Shown: positions 21,225-31,690 of the stretch, piece after piece
Layout: every line of letters begins with the position of its first letter
Position numbering within the stretch: position 1 is the stretch's first letter
Source: an uncultured Clostridium sp.
GTDB lineage: Bacteria > Bacillota > Clostridia > TANB77 > CAG-508
NCBI GenBank assembly: GCA_948434985.1
Contig: CAOJFV010000005.1
Coordinates: forward strand, 1-55,831
Length of the DNA: 55,831 nt
Reading direction: 5' to 3'
Notes under the pieces: generated by a model
Told to the model about the DNA's origin: nothing
Databases searched by the model: none
The model's input: only the letters and a program-made list of their open reading frames with translations
Program-made: the position numbers and the translations under genes

Positions 21225-22040
21225 TATACTCTCCCCGCTATTTCATTTATAATATTATCAATATCAAAATTATCTTTACTTACATTTATTCCTTTTTTAT
21301 TTAACTCATCAATTAATTTAACTACTTCTGGAATTTCTAATCCAATATTTTTAAATTTCTCTATGTTTTCTATAATAGTATTAGGAGTACATTCAAAAGC
21401 AATTTCTCCTTTATTAATAGCTATTATCCTATCTGCACTTAATATTTCTTGTATTACATTGGTTATATAGATTATAGTAATTCCATATTCATTTTTTAAT
21501 TTCTTTATTGTTTCTATTAATTTCTTTTTACTTACTGGGTCTAGCATTGCAGTAGGTTCATCTAAAACTAAATATTTAGGCCTTAGAGCAAGCATTTCTG
21601 CAACTGCTATTCTTTGTTTTTGTCCCATTGAAAGTGCATAAATATCGGAATTTCTATATTCAAGCATTCCGCATTACATCTAGTGCTTCTGCTATTCTTT
21701 TATCTATTTCATCTTTACTAAAATCAAAGTTTTCAAGCATAAATTTCATATCATCTTCGATACCTGAAAATACTAATTGATTTTCAGGATTTTGAAATAC
21801 AACTCCTACTTTTCTTCTAATATTTTTTATTTCTTTTTTATCTTTAGTAGAAATCTCATCTATTGTTACATCTCCACTTTTAGGCATAACTAGTCCAGAA
21901 ATTAGCTTTATTAAGCTAGATTTTCCTGAACCATTTACGCCTATAATTGAAACAAATTCTCCTTCATTTATTTCTAATGAAATATTATTTATAGCTTTAT
22001 TCGTTTTATAATTAAAAGTTACGTTGTTTACCTTAATCAT
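21224..22040 (-). CDS. ecfA: ECF transporter ATPase; full length requires CGGA at 21668-21671 read as Gly
   Basis: Walker A GVNGSGKS and FQNPENQ before the site; LSMGQKQR and LDEPTAMLD after it; 271 aa joined. Confidence 0.9.
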
Positions 22041-22576
22041 TAATCATTATCATCCCTTAAAAATTTATCAACTGCTGGTTTAATAACCTTTATTATTGGA
22101 AACATTGTTATAATATGAACTGGTACCATTATTATTTCTTTAATAAATCTAGCTCCTGCTATTACGAAGAATGCTTTATCTTGTGTAATAGATATCCAAA
22201 ATGTGTTTAAGACTCCATTTACTAAAATTTGAGTTATTACTGATGCACATATTAATCTAATTATTATTTGTTTATTTGATAAGTCCTCTTTATAAATTTT
22301 GTGTAATACAAGTCCATAGATTGTACCATTTATTAGTGATGTTATTGTATACCCTACAAAATAAGAACCAAATGGGAATAATGTAGAACCTATAAGATCA
22401 GCAAGTCCAAGTATTACTGCATTATATATTGGGCCTAATAACATTCCCCCAAGATATGCTGGTATATAAGAAAATCCAATTTTATACCCTGGTAGTTTCA
22501 CAGCTAAAAATCTTGATAGAATTACTATCATTGCAATAAAAATTCCTGCAAGTACTATTTTTTTTGTTTTTTTCAT
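22040..22576 (-). CDS. folT: Folate-family ECF S component
   Basis: Hydrophobic S-component pattern (IGFSYIP, ADLIG, GSYFVGYT, LNTFWI); THF riboswitch upstream. Confidence 0.85.
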   Translation of the reverse strand: MKKTKKIVLAGIFIAMIVILSRFLAVKLPGYKIGFSYIPAYLGGMLLGPIYNAVILGLADLIGSTLFPFGSYFVGYTITSLINGTIYGLVLHKIYKEDLSNKQIIIRLICASVITQILVNGVLNTFWISITQDKAFFVIAGARFIKEIIMVPVHIITMFPIIKVIKPAVDKFLRDDND

Positions 22577-22656
22577 AATAAAAAAATCCCCTTTCTTTTA
22601 AGTAAAACGATTCCGCACACTTAAAAGAAAGAAGATTATATCTCTTCTACTAAAAA

Positions 22657-22748
22657 ACAGCGGAATGCAAAAATAAATATGCGGTATTCCCTTGCCCTAA
22701 TAACAACTTCCCGTCTATTAGGTCTTAACAATTTATTTTTTACTCTAT
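22657..22748 (-). ncRNA. THF riboswitch
   Basis: Minus strand AGAGUA...GUUAAG-CCUAAUA-GACGGGAAGUUG-UUAUUAGG...UGCAUUCCGCUG matches THF consensus blocks; sits upstream of folT. Confidence 0.85.
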
Positions 22749-23007
22749 TTTTATTTTAACTATTATCTATATTACAACTTTTTTCATTATTCGTCAATAT
22801 TTTTAATGTACTTTGTGTTTTTTATAAATATTTAGACTATCTTGTTTGCAATTCGCTCCTATGTAATAATATATTTACGCTAGTTACAATAATCTTAGAT
22901 TTAGCATTAATCAAAAAAATAATATTATTCAGAATTTGGGTTGTAATTTTTTGGAAATAAGTATACAATATACATTAGTTTTAATAATACTTCACAGGAG
23001 GAATTTT

Positions 23008-24743
23008 ATGCAAGAATTATCCAAAAGTAAATTATATGAAATTGATAAAGTGGCAAATTTTAGAGAACTGCTTAATCGTTCTGCTAATTTATATTCTAAT
23101 AAGGTCGCATTTACATATAAATTAAATCCTAAATCTATTGAATATATTACTCATACTTATCTGGAACTAAAAGAGGATGTAAAAAATTTAGGAACAAGTC
23201 TCATTAATTTAGGCTTATCTGGGAAAAGAGTTGCAATTATTGCGCCAAATCGTTATGAATGGTGTGTTAGTTACCTTAGTGTTACTACTTCTCGGTATGA
23301 TAGTTGTTCCATTAGATAAAGCTTTACCTGATAATGAAATTGAAAGTTCTATTATTCGTGCTGAAGCTGAAGCTGTTATTTTTGATAAAAAATATTTAGA
23401 ATTTTTTCAAGATATAAAATCTAACTCAAATTGTAAGTTAAAACATTTTATTTGTATGGATTTAGAAAATTTAGACGATTCTATTTTATCTTTGCCAAAT
23501 CTTATGTTACAAGGAAAAGAACTTATAAAAAACGGTGATACAAAATATGATGATGTAAAAATTAACGAAAATGGAATGAGTATCATGCTTTTCACATCAG
23601 GTACTACTTCTATGGCTAAAATTGTAATGTTATCACAAGCTAATATTTGTGCTAATATTTATTCAACTGGTTGCATTGCAAAAGTAACAAAAGAAGATAC
23701 ATTTTTATCTTTTTTACCTTTACATCATACATATGAATCTACTACTACTTTTTTATATGGTCTTTATTCTGGTATTACAATTGCTTTTTGTGATGGACTT
23801 CGTTATGTTTCACAAAATCTAAAGGAATATAAAGTAACTGGTTTTGTATGTGTTCCTCTTATTTTAGAGGCTATGTATAAAAAAATAAAAAAAGGTATTA
23901 AGGATAAACATTTACAAATTCCTTTTGCTATTTTAACTGCTATTTCTAATTTTCTATTACTGTTTGGAATTGATGTAAGAAGAAAATTTTTTAAATCTAT
24001 TATTGATGAATTAGGACGGTCATTTAAGACTTGTTATTTATGGTGCTGCACCAATGGATAAATCTACAATTAAAGGTTTAAAAAGTGTTGGTATTGAACT
24101 TTTAAATGGTTATGGACTAACTGAAGCATCACCTATTGTTTCAGCAGAGAATGATAAATATCAAAAACCTGGTTCAGTTGCATTTGCTTTACCAGATGTA
24201 GAAATTAGAATTGATAATCCAAACTCACAAGGTATAGGAGAAATTTGGGTAAAAGGACCTAACATTATGCTTGGATATTACGATAATGAAGATGCTACTC
24301 GTGAGGTCTTGACTAATGGTTGGTTCCACACAGGAGATTTAGGCTATTATGATAAAAAAGGTTACTTATTTATAACTGGAAGAAAAAAGAATGTTATCGT
24401 ATTAAAAAATGGTAAAAATATTTATCCAGAAGAACTTGAATTACTAATCGCAAGACTTCCATTTGTAGTAGAAAATATGGTTTTTGGAAAACCTACTGTA
24501 AATGACGACTTAGAAATTAATGCAAAAATTGTTTATAATACCGATTATATGAAGCAAACTTATCCAGATAAAGATCTTTCTGAATATAAAGATATAATTT
24601 GGAATGAAATAAAAGAAATTAATAAGACAATGCCAGCTTACAAACATATAAGAAATATAATTGTTACAAATGAACCTATGATTAAAACTACTACACAAAA
24701 AATTAAGAGAAATGAAGAATTAAAAAAGATATTAGGAGAATAA
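23008..24743 (+). CDS. fadD: Long-chain acyl-CoA synthetase (AMP-binding); requires two CGGT read as Gly (23293-23296, 24017-24020)
   Basis: AGGAGG RBS; FTSGTT, LPLHH, GYGLTE, FHTGDLG, GRKKN; 577 aa joined. Confidence 0.88.
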
Positions 24744-24760
24744 CTCCTAATATCTTTTTT
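24723..24760. terminator. Bidirectional terminator between fadD and bofA
   Basis: AAAAAGATATTAGGAG / CTCCTAATATCTTTTT. Confidence 0.75.
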
Positions 24761-25019
24761 ATAAAACAAATTGTAATATTGCTACTATTACAACTCCTGG
24801 AACTCCTAAAAAACCTACAATTAGCGCTGTTATCCAATTTAAATCTATCATAAATCCAAAGTTTGCACCAATTAAATTTACTACGAATATTATTAATCCT
24901 CCAACTAATCCATTAATTACTAATTTAATAATTAATTTCATTGGTAATGCTAATAATTTTAGTACAATAAATAGAATTCCTACTCCAATTAGTATTGGTA
25001 ATATCATTGTAAAATCCAT
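24759..25019 (-). CDS. bofA: Pro-sigmaK processing inhibitor BofA family
   Basis: Small hydrophobic protein ending in N...TALIVGFLGVPGV. Confidence 0.85.
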   Translation of the reverse strand: MDFTMILPILIGVGILFIVLKLLALPMKLIIKLVINGLVGGLIIFVVNLIGANFGFMIDLNWITALIVGFLGVPGVVIVAILQFVL

Positions 25020-25042
25020 AAATTCTCCCTCCTTTTCTTTAG

Positions 25043-26230
25043 TTAGTCATTGCTACACATATGTTTTCTTGTCATTTCTAGTAGATTCAATTCTGTAAAT
25101 CCTACTATTTGTGTTTTAGAACGGTCATTCTTTAAATTGTCTCTTAGCACTTCGATAATCTTTTCTTTGTGTTCTTTTTCTTTCATATCTATGTAATCTA
25201 TTATAATAATTCCGCCTATGTCTCTTAATCTCAATTGTTTAGCAATTTCTATACTTGCTTCTTTATTTACTATATATACTGTTTGTTCTAAGTTTTTAGT
25301 ACCTATATATTTTCCTGAGTTTACATCAATAGCAGTTAAAGCCTCTGTTTTATCTATTGTAATAAATCCACCACATTTTAGCCATACTTTTCTGTTCTCT
25401 ATTCTCTCTAACTGTGTTCCTAAATCGTACATATCTAATAGGCTTTCTTCTTTTAAGACTAGTTCTATTTTTTGTTTTGTTTCCTTTACAATACTTACTA
25501 TTTCATTATATTGTTTTTTATTGTTTACTACTATTTTTCCTACATCTTGATCTATTAAATCAGTTAGTATTCTTTTAACTATTCCTGAATTTTTGTATAC
25601 TAAACTTGGTACAGTTTCTTGACTATTTTTAGATACTTCTTTTATTTTATTCCACTGCTTCTCTAAATTTCTAATATCTTCTACAATTTCTGCTTCACTT
25701 TTTCCTATACTAGATGTTCTTATTATAATTCCTGCATTTTTAGGTATATTTTTTTGTACTATCTGTACAAGTCTTTCTCTTTCTTTTTGATTTTCTATTT
25801 TTTGTGATACAGTAATAAAGTCAGCATCTGGCATATATACACAGAATCTACCTGGTAAATTGATATGCGTTGATACTCTTGCTCCTTTTTTATTTGTACT
25901 ATCTCTTTTTACTTGTACTAAGATTGGCATACCTGGTTTTGCTATATCTTTTATATTGCTTTTTCCAATTACTTCTTCAGGATTATTTGTTTTTGTATCT
26001 AGTTTTGGCAAAATATCTTTTATATGTATAAATGTATTTTTTCCTTCTCCAATATCTACAAATGCTGCTTGCATTCCTTGTAATACATTTTGAATTTTTC
26101 CTATATATATGTTTCCTTCTAATCTTTTTATTCTGCTATTTTCTACATATCTTTCTATTAGGTTTCCATTTTCTACTAGCATTATAGTTTTATTTTTTTC
26201 TTTGTCTATATTTATGATTATTTCTTTCAT
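25043..26230 (-). CDS. rng: Rne/Rng family ribonuclease
   Basis: GNIYIG, AAFVDIG, TEALTAIDVNSG, LRLRDIGGIIIIDYIDM. Confidence 0.93.
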   Translation of the reverse strand: MKEIIINIDKEKNKTIMLVENGNLIERYVENSRIKRLEGNIYIGKIQNVLQGMQAAFVDIGEGKNTFIHIKDILPKLDTKTNNPEEVIGKSNIKDIAKPGMPILVQVKRDSTNKKGARVSTHINLPGRFCVYMPDADFITVSQKIENQKERERLVQIVQKNIPKNAGIIIRTSSIGKSEAEIVEDIRNLEKQWNKIKEVSKNSQETVPSLVYKNSGIVKRILTDLIDQDVGKIVVNNKKQYNEIVSIVKETKQKIELVLKEESLLDMYDLGTQLERIENRKVWLKCGGFITIDKTEALTAIDVNSGKYIGTKNLEQTVYIVNKEASIEIAKQLRLRDIGGIIIIDYIDMKEKEHKEKIIEVLRDNLKNDRSKTQIVGFTELNLLEMTRKHMCSND

Positions 26231-26278
26231 TCAATGTCCTTTCTGTTATTACAATTTACTACTATAAAATCCGCTCCC

Positions 26279-26424
26279 AAGGTAATGGTTATATATTATT
26301 TTTTCATACCTTGGTGTCGCAACCTATCGTTTACACTTTCATATGTAGGTTGCTCCATTCGCCATTCGCTTCGCTACGGTTGGTTGCTTACGCGGTATTT
26401 AAAATAATATATAACCATTGCCTT
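26279..26424. other. Structured intergenic element (ncRNA or MITE-like)
   Basis: 24-nt inverted arms with one G-U pair enclosing internal hairpins (GCAACCTA/TAGGTTGC). Confidence 0.55.
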
Positions 26425-26488
26425 TCGCGCTATTTACTGCATTATAATGTGAATTGTAACTCTCTGTATTTAGTATATATATTTGTTT

Positions 26489-27052
26489 TTAATTGTACCT
26501 ATTCATTGCAATGTCAATTCCATTTTTTATAATTTCTTCTATTGCTTGGCTTGCTTTTTTTACTCCTGTTTGCAATATTTCATATTCTTCATCCGGAATA
26601 TGTCCTATTACATAGTTTATAGCATCATTCTTATGCTCTGGTGTTCCAATCCCTATCCTAACTCTAGGAAATTCTTCTGTTCCTAGTTCTTGTACAACAG
26701 ATTTCATTCCGTTGTGATTTCCTGGTCCACCTTTTTTTCTTATTTTCGTCATTCCAATTTCAATATCCATATCATCATATATGATAATTATTTCTTCTTT
26801 TTCTATTTTATAGAAATTCACAAATTCTCGTACTGCAGTACCTGATAAATTCATATAGGTTTGTGGTTTTACTAAAACTACTTTTTCATTATTAATAGTA
26901 CCACTTCCATAAATTGCATTGAATTTAGTACGATTCATTTCTATTTTATATTTGTTTGCTATAATATTTACTGTATCAAATCCCATATTGTGTCTTGTTC
27001 TTGCATATTCGTTTTCTGGATTTCCTAGTCCAACTATCAAATACATATTCAC
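26489..27052 (-). CDS. pth: Peptidyl-tRNA hydrolase
   Basis: VGLGNP, TRHNMG, KPQTYMNLSG, HNGMKS, RVRIGIG. Confidence 0.97.
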   Translation of the reverse strand: MNMYLIVGLGNPENEYARTRHNMGFDTVNIIANKYKIEMNRTKFNAIYGSGTINNEKVVLVKPQTYMNLSGTAVREFVNFYKIEKEEIIIIYDDMDIEIGMTKIRKKGGPGNHNGMKSVVQELGTEEFPRVRIGIGTPEHKNDAINYVIGHIPDEEYEILQTGVKKASQAIEEIIKNGIDIAMNRYN

Positions 27053-27204
27053 ACATTCCTCTTTGTTTTATTTTCTTATCTATTTTACATTTTTTTAGTT
27101 AAAATTACAAGTAATACATTGTAATTTTAACTAAAAATACCCCATACTATTAAATAATATGAGGATAATAATTTAGGTTTTGCTTTGATATTCATATATC
27201 TAAT

Positions 27205-28053
27205 TTAAATTATTCTTTCTATAATCTCTTTTTCGTATTTTTCGTCTTGTACATCTTTTATATTTAATCTATCTTGCTTGCTTTCTGCTTCAGCTCCCAT
27301 TACCCCCTGTTCTCCCATATACTTATTATCAATTTTTATTTTTGTTTTTGCTTTTCTTAAATACCATTCATATTCTATATCAACATGACCAATATCTACT
27401 GCTTTATATCCTAATTTATGTAAGTCGTATGCAAGTACAGTTGCTGTTGGTCCTAATGCTAACAAGATTAATTTATCTTTTTTTACTTCTTTAGCTTTAT
27501 TTAAAATTTCATTATATTTAAAAAATGCATCTTCTGGCGGACAAAGTATTCTATTAATTGATTTAACATTATTAAATAAATCATTTCCTACTCCTAGTCT
27601 ACTTTTTTCTCCTTCTATTATTACTATATCTCTATTATCCCAAATTTTCTTTAACATCTCAACATATTCTCCAACATATGTTTTATCTTTATAATCCAAA
27701 TAAAATCTTGAAATTTGAGCTGAATAATATTTGTTTTTTTCATTAATCATTTGTAACATTTTTTCTTCGTTCTTATCTAACCAATCTATCCAATATTCTT
27801 TTGCATATCCTTCATACAATTCGCAATTTTCTCTATTTAAAGCAATAGGCAAACCTATGAGAAGATTTGGAATATTACTATTTAATACTTCATTTAGTCT
27901 ATTAGCTAGTTCAGCATTATAATTTTGAAAATATAATCCCTTTTTTTGTATATAAGATAACTCCCCATCTCCAAATCTTGCAATAGATGTATTATTATCA
28001 TATAGCATTTCTATAGTTTCTTTTGAACTTGCTATATTAAATTTATTCATCAC
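27205..28053 (-). CDS. GT-D fold (DUF1792) glycosyltransferase
   Basis: SIARFGDGE, IEGEKSRLGVGNDLF, LGPTATVLAYDL, DIGHVDIEYEW. Confidence 0.9.
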   Translation of the reverse strand: MMNKFNIASSKETIEMLYDNNTSIARFGDGELSYIQKKGLYFQNYNAELANRLNEVLNSNIPNLLIGLPIALNRENCELYEGYAKEYWIDWLDKNEEKMLQMINEKNKYYSAQISRFYLDYKDKTYVGEYVEMLKKIWDNRDIVIIEGEKSRLGVGNDLFNNVKSINRILCPPEDAFFKYNEILNKAKEVKKDKLILLALGPTATVLAYDLHKLGYKAVDIGHVDIEYEWYLRKAKTKIKIDNKYMGEQGVMGAEAESKQDRLNIKDVQDEKYEKEIIERII

Positions 28054-28072
28054 TTTATATTTTCCTCCTAAT

Positions 28073-28684
28073 TTAATATCCTATATAATTTAACAATTTA
28101 ATACTAAATTTTTCTATTTTGTTATCATATTCTATTACATTAACACTGCAATTGTGCTGACTATATTCTTCTCTTTTATTTTTAAATTGTTCTCCTATAA
28201 TTTTTCTTAAAAATGCCTCTATTGCAACTCCATGTGAGCATATTAGTATAGTCTTCCCTAAATTTTCTTCTGCTATATTTTTTATTTCCTTATACATTCT
28301 TTCTTCTACTTGCTTTGTTGTTTCTTGCTCTGGTATACACATAATTTCATTTGTTTCTATTTGTTTTTTACGTATTAATGGATTTATTTTATCTACATCT
28401 TCCCATTTCCAACCATCATATATTCCAAAATACATCTCGCATAATTCTTCTTTTCTTTGTATTTCTAATTCTTTAATTTCAGCTATTTCCTTAATAGTTT
28501 CAAATGTTCTATTAGATGTACTAGAATATATCGCACTAATTGGATTATCTTTCAAATAACTAGTAAGTTTTTTGACCATTTGAAGTCCATTTTCTGTTAC
28601 CTCATAATCTTGTCTTCCTGTTAGTTTTTTTTCTATATTTCCAATTGTTTCAGTGTGCCTAACTAAATATATTTTAGTTTGCAT
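28073..28684 (-). CDS. Histidine phosphatase (PGM) family protein
   Basis: LVRHTET (RHG variant), IYSS, SHG. Confidence 0.85.
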   Translation of the reverse strand: MQTKIYLVRHTETIGNIEKKLTGRQDYEVTENGLQMVKKLTSYLKDNPISAIYSSTSNRTFETIKEIAEIKELEIQRKEELCEMYFGIYDGWKWEDVDKINPLIRKKQIETNEIMCIPEQETTKQVEERMYKEIKNIAEENLGKTILICSHGVAIEAFLRKIIGEQFKNKREEYSQHNCSVNVIEYDNKIEKFSIKLLNYIGY

Positions 28685-29579
28685 GTTTCATTTCTCCATT
28701 TATTCCATTTAATTTCCCAAAGTCTAATTTATAATTTCTTTTTGGCATTGTTTCTAAAAATACTTCGTTTTCTATTGAATTTAATATTATATCTATTTTT
28801 TCAATTGTATTTCTTGTTTCATTTCTAATAAAACTCATTAAATATGGCTTGTACTCATCTGGTGTAATTTCATATAATTTCATTACATTTTCTAACATTT
28901 TATACATATCTGTACATCTTTTTATTGATGGAGTAGACATTATACTTCCATCTCTATTTCTATAATAGTTATAAAAAATAAATTCTCCATAAGAAATTTT
29001 TTGTGCTAAAATAGTAGACTTAATTGAATAAACCATATCTTCGTAATAAGTATTAGTCAAAAATTTAATATCATTGTTTATTAAAAATTCTCTTTTAAAA
29101 CATTTACTAGATACTGCAAAATGCATATCACATGCTAGTCTTGCTTCTTTAGTTGAATTTTCATCATTTGGTATATATGTCTTATTACTTCCTCCTATAT
29201 ATTGTACTCCCATATAGATAAGTTCTGGTGATTCTTTTATAGTTAGTTCGTTAATTTTATCTAAAGTCGAATCTTCATATAATGTATCATCACTGTCTAA
29301 ATATAATATATATTCTCCGTTAGCTTTTTTTACCCCTATATTTCTTGAACCGCCTAATCCTATATTTTTAAAATTGTTAACTATAATCATATTTTTCATT
29401 TTATATTCTTTTTTGGCTTGTCTTACTTTTTGTAAAGTTTTATCCGTAGAACCATCATTTACTATAATAAGTTCATAATCGCTATAATTTTGTTTGTAAA
29501 CACTCTCTATTGCACGTTCTATATATTCCTCAACATTATAAGCACACATTATTATACTAAATTTTATATTCTTTTTCAT
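28674..29579 (-). CDS. GT2 glycosyltransferase
   Basis: YNVEEY, VNDGSTD, LDSDD, YEDM. Confidence 0.9.
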   Translation of the reverse strand: MKKNIKFSIIMCAYNVEEYIERAIESVYKQNYSDYELIIVNDGSTDKTLQKVRQAKKEYKMKNMIIVNNFKNIGLGGSRNIGVKKANGEYILYLDSDDTLYEDSTLDKINELTIKESPELIYMGVQYIGGSNKTYIPNDENSTKEARLACDMHFAVSSKCFKREFLINNDIKFLTNTYYEDMVYSIKSTILAQKISYGEFIFYNYYRNRDGSIMSTPSIKRCTDMYKMLENVMKLYEITPDEYKPYLMSFIRNETRNTIEKIDIILNSIENEVFLETMPKRNYKLDFGKLNGINGEMKHAN

Positions 29580-29691
29580 TAAATCAACGCCTCTTATTTT
29601 TTATCTTTTGGTGGCAATAATCCACAACTTTTATTATAGCACTTTTATGTTGTTTCGTCAAATATGGCTTGCCAAATATTTACATAAATTT

Positions 29692-30183
29692 TTACCATTT
29701 TCTAATTCCTTCTATGTGTAAAAAACGTATTTTTATATAATCATAACTAGAAACTTTTCTACCATAAGAGTTAAATGTATGTGTCGCAACAAATATATTA
29801 TCTAAATGATTTTTTAATTTTTCTACTATCATTAAACTATGCCCAAATGTTTCCCCATTAAATGATAGTTGTATAATATCTCCTATTTCTAATTCTTCTA
29901 TTTTTGCAAGTTTTGCAAATGGTCCAACTGATTTATTTCTTAATAAAAAATCATTTAAAAATTCTACTCCTGTCCAAGATGGACTTTTATCATTTGCATT
30001 ATTATAATACCATCCATTCTTATTATAGTTCATTATTTTACAACCACTAAAAATACACTGTGATACAAAGTTTGTACAATCTCCACCTAATGCATCATAG
30101 TTATAATAATTTGGATTTCTTTGATATGCCCACTTTTTTGCATATTCCTTTGCCTTTTTTCTATCATATTCTAAAGTTCGCAT
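29692..30183 (-). CDS. Putative amidase domain protein (Amidase_6-like)
   Basis: YDR..A..YA, GGDCTNFVSQC, HSLMI. Confidence 0.85.
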   Translation of the reverse strand: MRTLEYDRKKAKEYAKKWAYQRNPNYYNYDALGGDCTNFVSQCIFSGCKIMNYNKNGWYYNNANDKSPSWTGVEFLNDFLLRNKSVGPFAKLAKIEELEIGDIIQLSFNGETFGHSLMIVEKLKNHLDNIFVATHTFNSYGRKVSSYDYIKIRFLHIEGIRKW

Positions 30184-30227
30184 AAAAAAAACACCTCATA
30201 TTATTTTATGAAAATAATATGAGAATG

Positions 30228-31100
30228 TTAATTCAATTTTATTTTTACATAATTCAGTATGTTTAGATATTCTTCTAAAATTTTTTGTTCATCTCTGTTT
30301 CCAAATAAAATAAAATTTTCTAGAATTTTTATTTTATTTTTTTCGTAATTACTTTTCTTTCTATTTTCAATAAATTCAATATATTCTTGTACCTCTTCAT
30401 CTCTTATATGAAATGGTTTTTTAGCGTAAATAAAATGAACTACACATATATCTTCTAACTTATAATTTTCATAATGTGTGTAATAGTCTATATGCGGAAA
30501 GAACATATTATATTTAACATCTAAATGCAATTCTTCTTTTTTATTCCATTCTTTATCATATTCTTGTAAAATATCTTGATCTCCTATTGATGCTCTCTTA
30601 TCTTCTATCTCTTCAATTATCTTTAAAAAATATGGCATAATATCTTTTTTAGGTTCTATCACCATTAATCCAGAAGTTAATTTTACCCATTCTTTACTAA
30701 TAACTGGGCCATTTCTTCTATCTATTACAGCTGACATATCTTTTTTTTCAAATAGTTCGTCAATATTTTTTCTTACATACATATCACTGTCTAGATATAC
30801 TAGTTTATTAAACTGAGTTAATTCAAAAATAAGTAATTTATCAAATGTACTTGTCCAATGTGAAAATATCCCTTTATCATTTTTATTCTTAATTGATTCT
30901 GGTATATTTATCTTGCTTTTTCTAATAACATTTAAATTATAACTTTTCAATAACTGTTCTGTTTTTAATGATATATCATTTGTTATAAGAACGCTAATTG
31001 GATATTTAGTATTTGTTCTTCTTAAAGATTCCACTAAACATAGAACTCCATATAAATAATTTTCAGTACTTAATACTGTTATATACGAATTGTTTTCCAT
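30228..31100 (-). CDS. GT8 (glycogenin-like) glycosyltransferase
   Basis: FDKLLIF, YLDSD, NIDELF, GDQDIL, VHF...KP. Confidence 0.88.
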   Translation of the reverse strand: MENNSYITVLSTENYLYGVLCLVESLRRTNTKYPISVLITNDISLKTEQLLKSYNLNVIRKSKINIPESIKNKNDKGIFSHWTSTFDKLLIFELTQFNKLVYLDSDMYVRKNIDELFEKKDMSAVIDRRNGPVISKEWVKLTSGLMVIEPKKDIMPYFLKIIEEIEDKRASIGDQDILQEYDKEWNKKEELHLDVKYNMFFPHIDYYTHYENYKLEDICVVHFIYAKKPFHIRDEEVQEYIEFIENRKKSNYEKNKIKILENFILFGNRDEQKILEEYLNILNYVKIKLN

Positions 31101-31109
31101 ACTTCACTC

Positions 31110-31679
31110 TTATCTTTCTTCAATATCAATTTCTTTTTGTATTGTATATTTCTTAACTTCACAATTTTTTAATGATAATGATAATATATCTTTATTCTTT
31201 GGTATTCCATTAAAATAACAATCTATAGCTTGTGTAACACATCCATGAGTTACTAATACTATATTTTTATCTTTAAATCTTTCAATAACTGAATCCATAC
31301 AAAAATATACTCTTTTAAATAAATCTTGTATTGGTTCTATATTGTAAATATCGTAATTTTTATCATAATCTGATAACATTTGAATGTTGCATTCTTTTTT
31401 ATTAGGTTGTCCTTCCATATCTCCAAAACTTCTTTCTATTAGCCCTTCTTCAATTGTTAATGGAACTTTTATTACTTCACTTATATAATATGCCGTTTGT
31501 ATAGCCCTTTTTAAAGGTGAAACTAAAATTGCATCTATTTTTATATTAGTAAACTGCTTTGATGTGTATTTTGCTTGTTCTATTCCAACTTCATTTAATG
31601 ATATATCTGTTTTCCCTTGATATATATTTTTTACATTATAATCTGTCTGTCCATGCCTAACTACATATATATTAGTCAT
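31110..31679 (-). CDS. Histidine phosphatase (PGM) family protein
   Basis: VRHGQTDYN, SPLKRA, ERSFG, VTHG. Confidence 0.9.
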   Translation of the reverse strand: MTNIYVVRHGQTDYNVKNIYQGKTDISLNEVGIEQAKYTSKQFTNIKIDAILVSPLKRAIQTAYYISEVIKVPLTIEEGLIERSFGDMEGQPNKKECNIQMLSDYDKNYDIYNIEPIQDLFKRVYFCMDSVIERFKDKNIVLVTHGCVTQAIDCYFNGIPKNKDILSLSLKNCEVKKYTIQKEIDIEER

Positions 31680-31690
31680 TTATTCTTCTC

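Noticed and set aside
26279-26424. Assignment as 6S RNA, SRP RNA or a T-box
   Set aside because: Could not find the diagnostic motifs by eye; left as an unassigned structured element.
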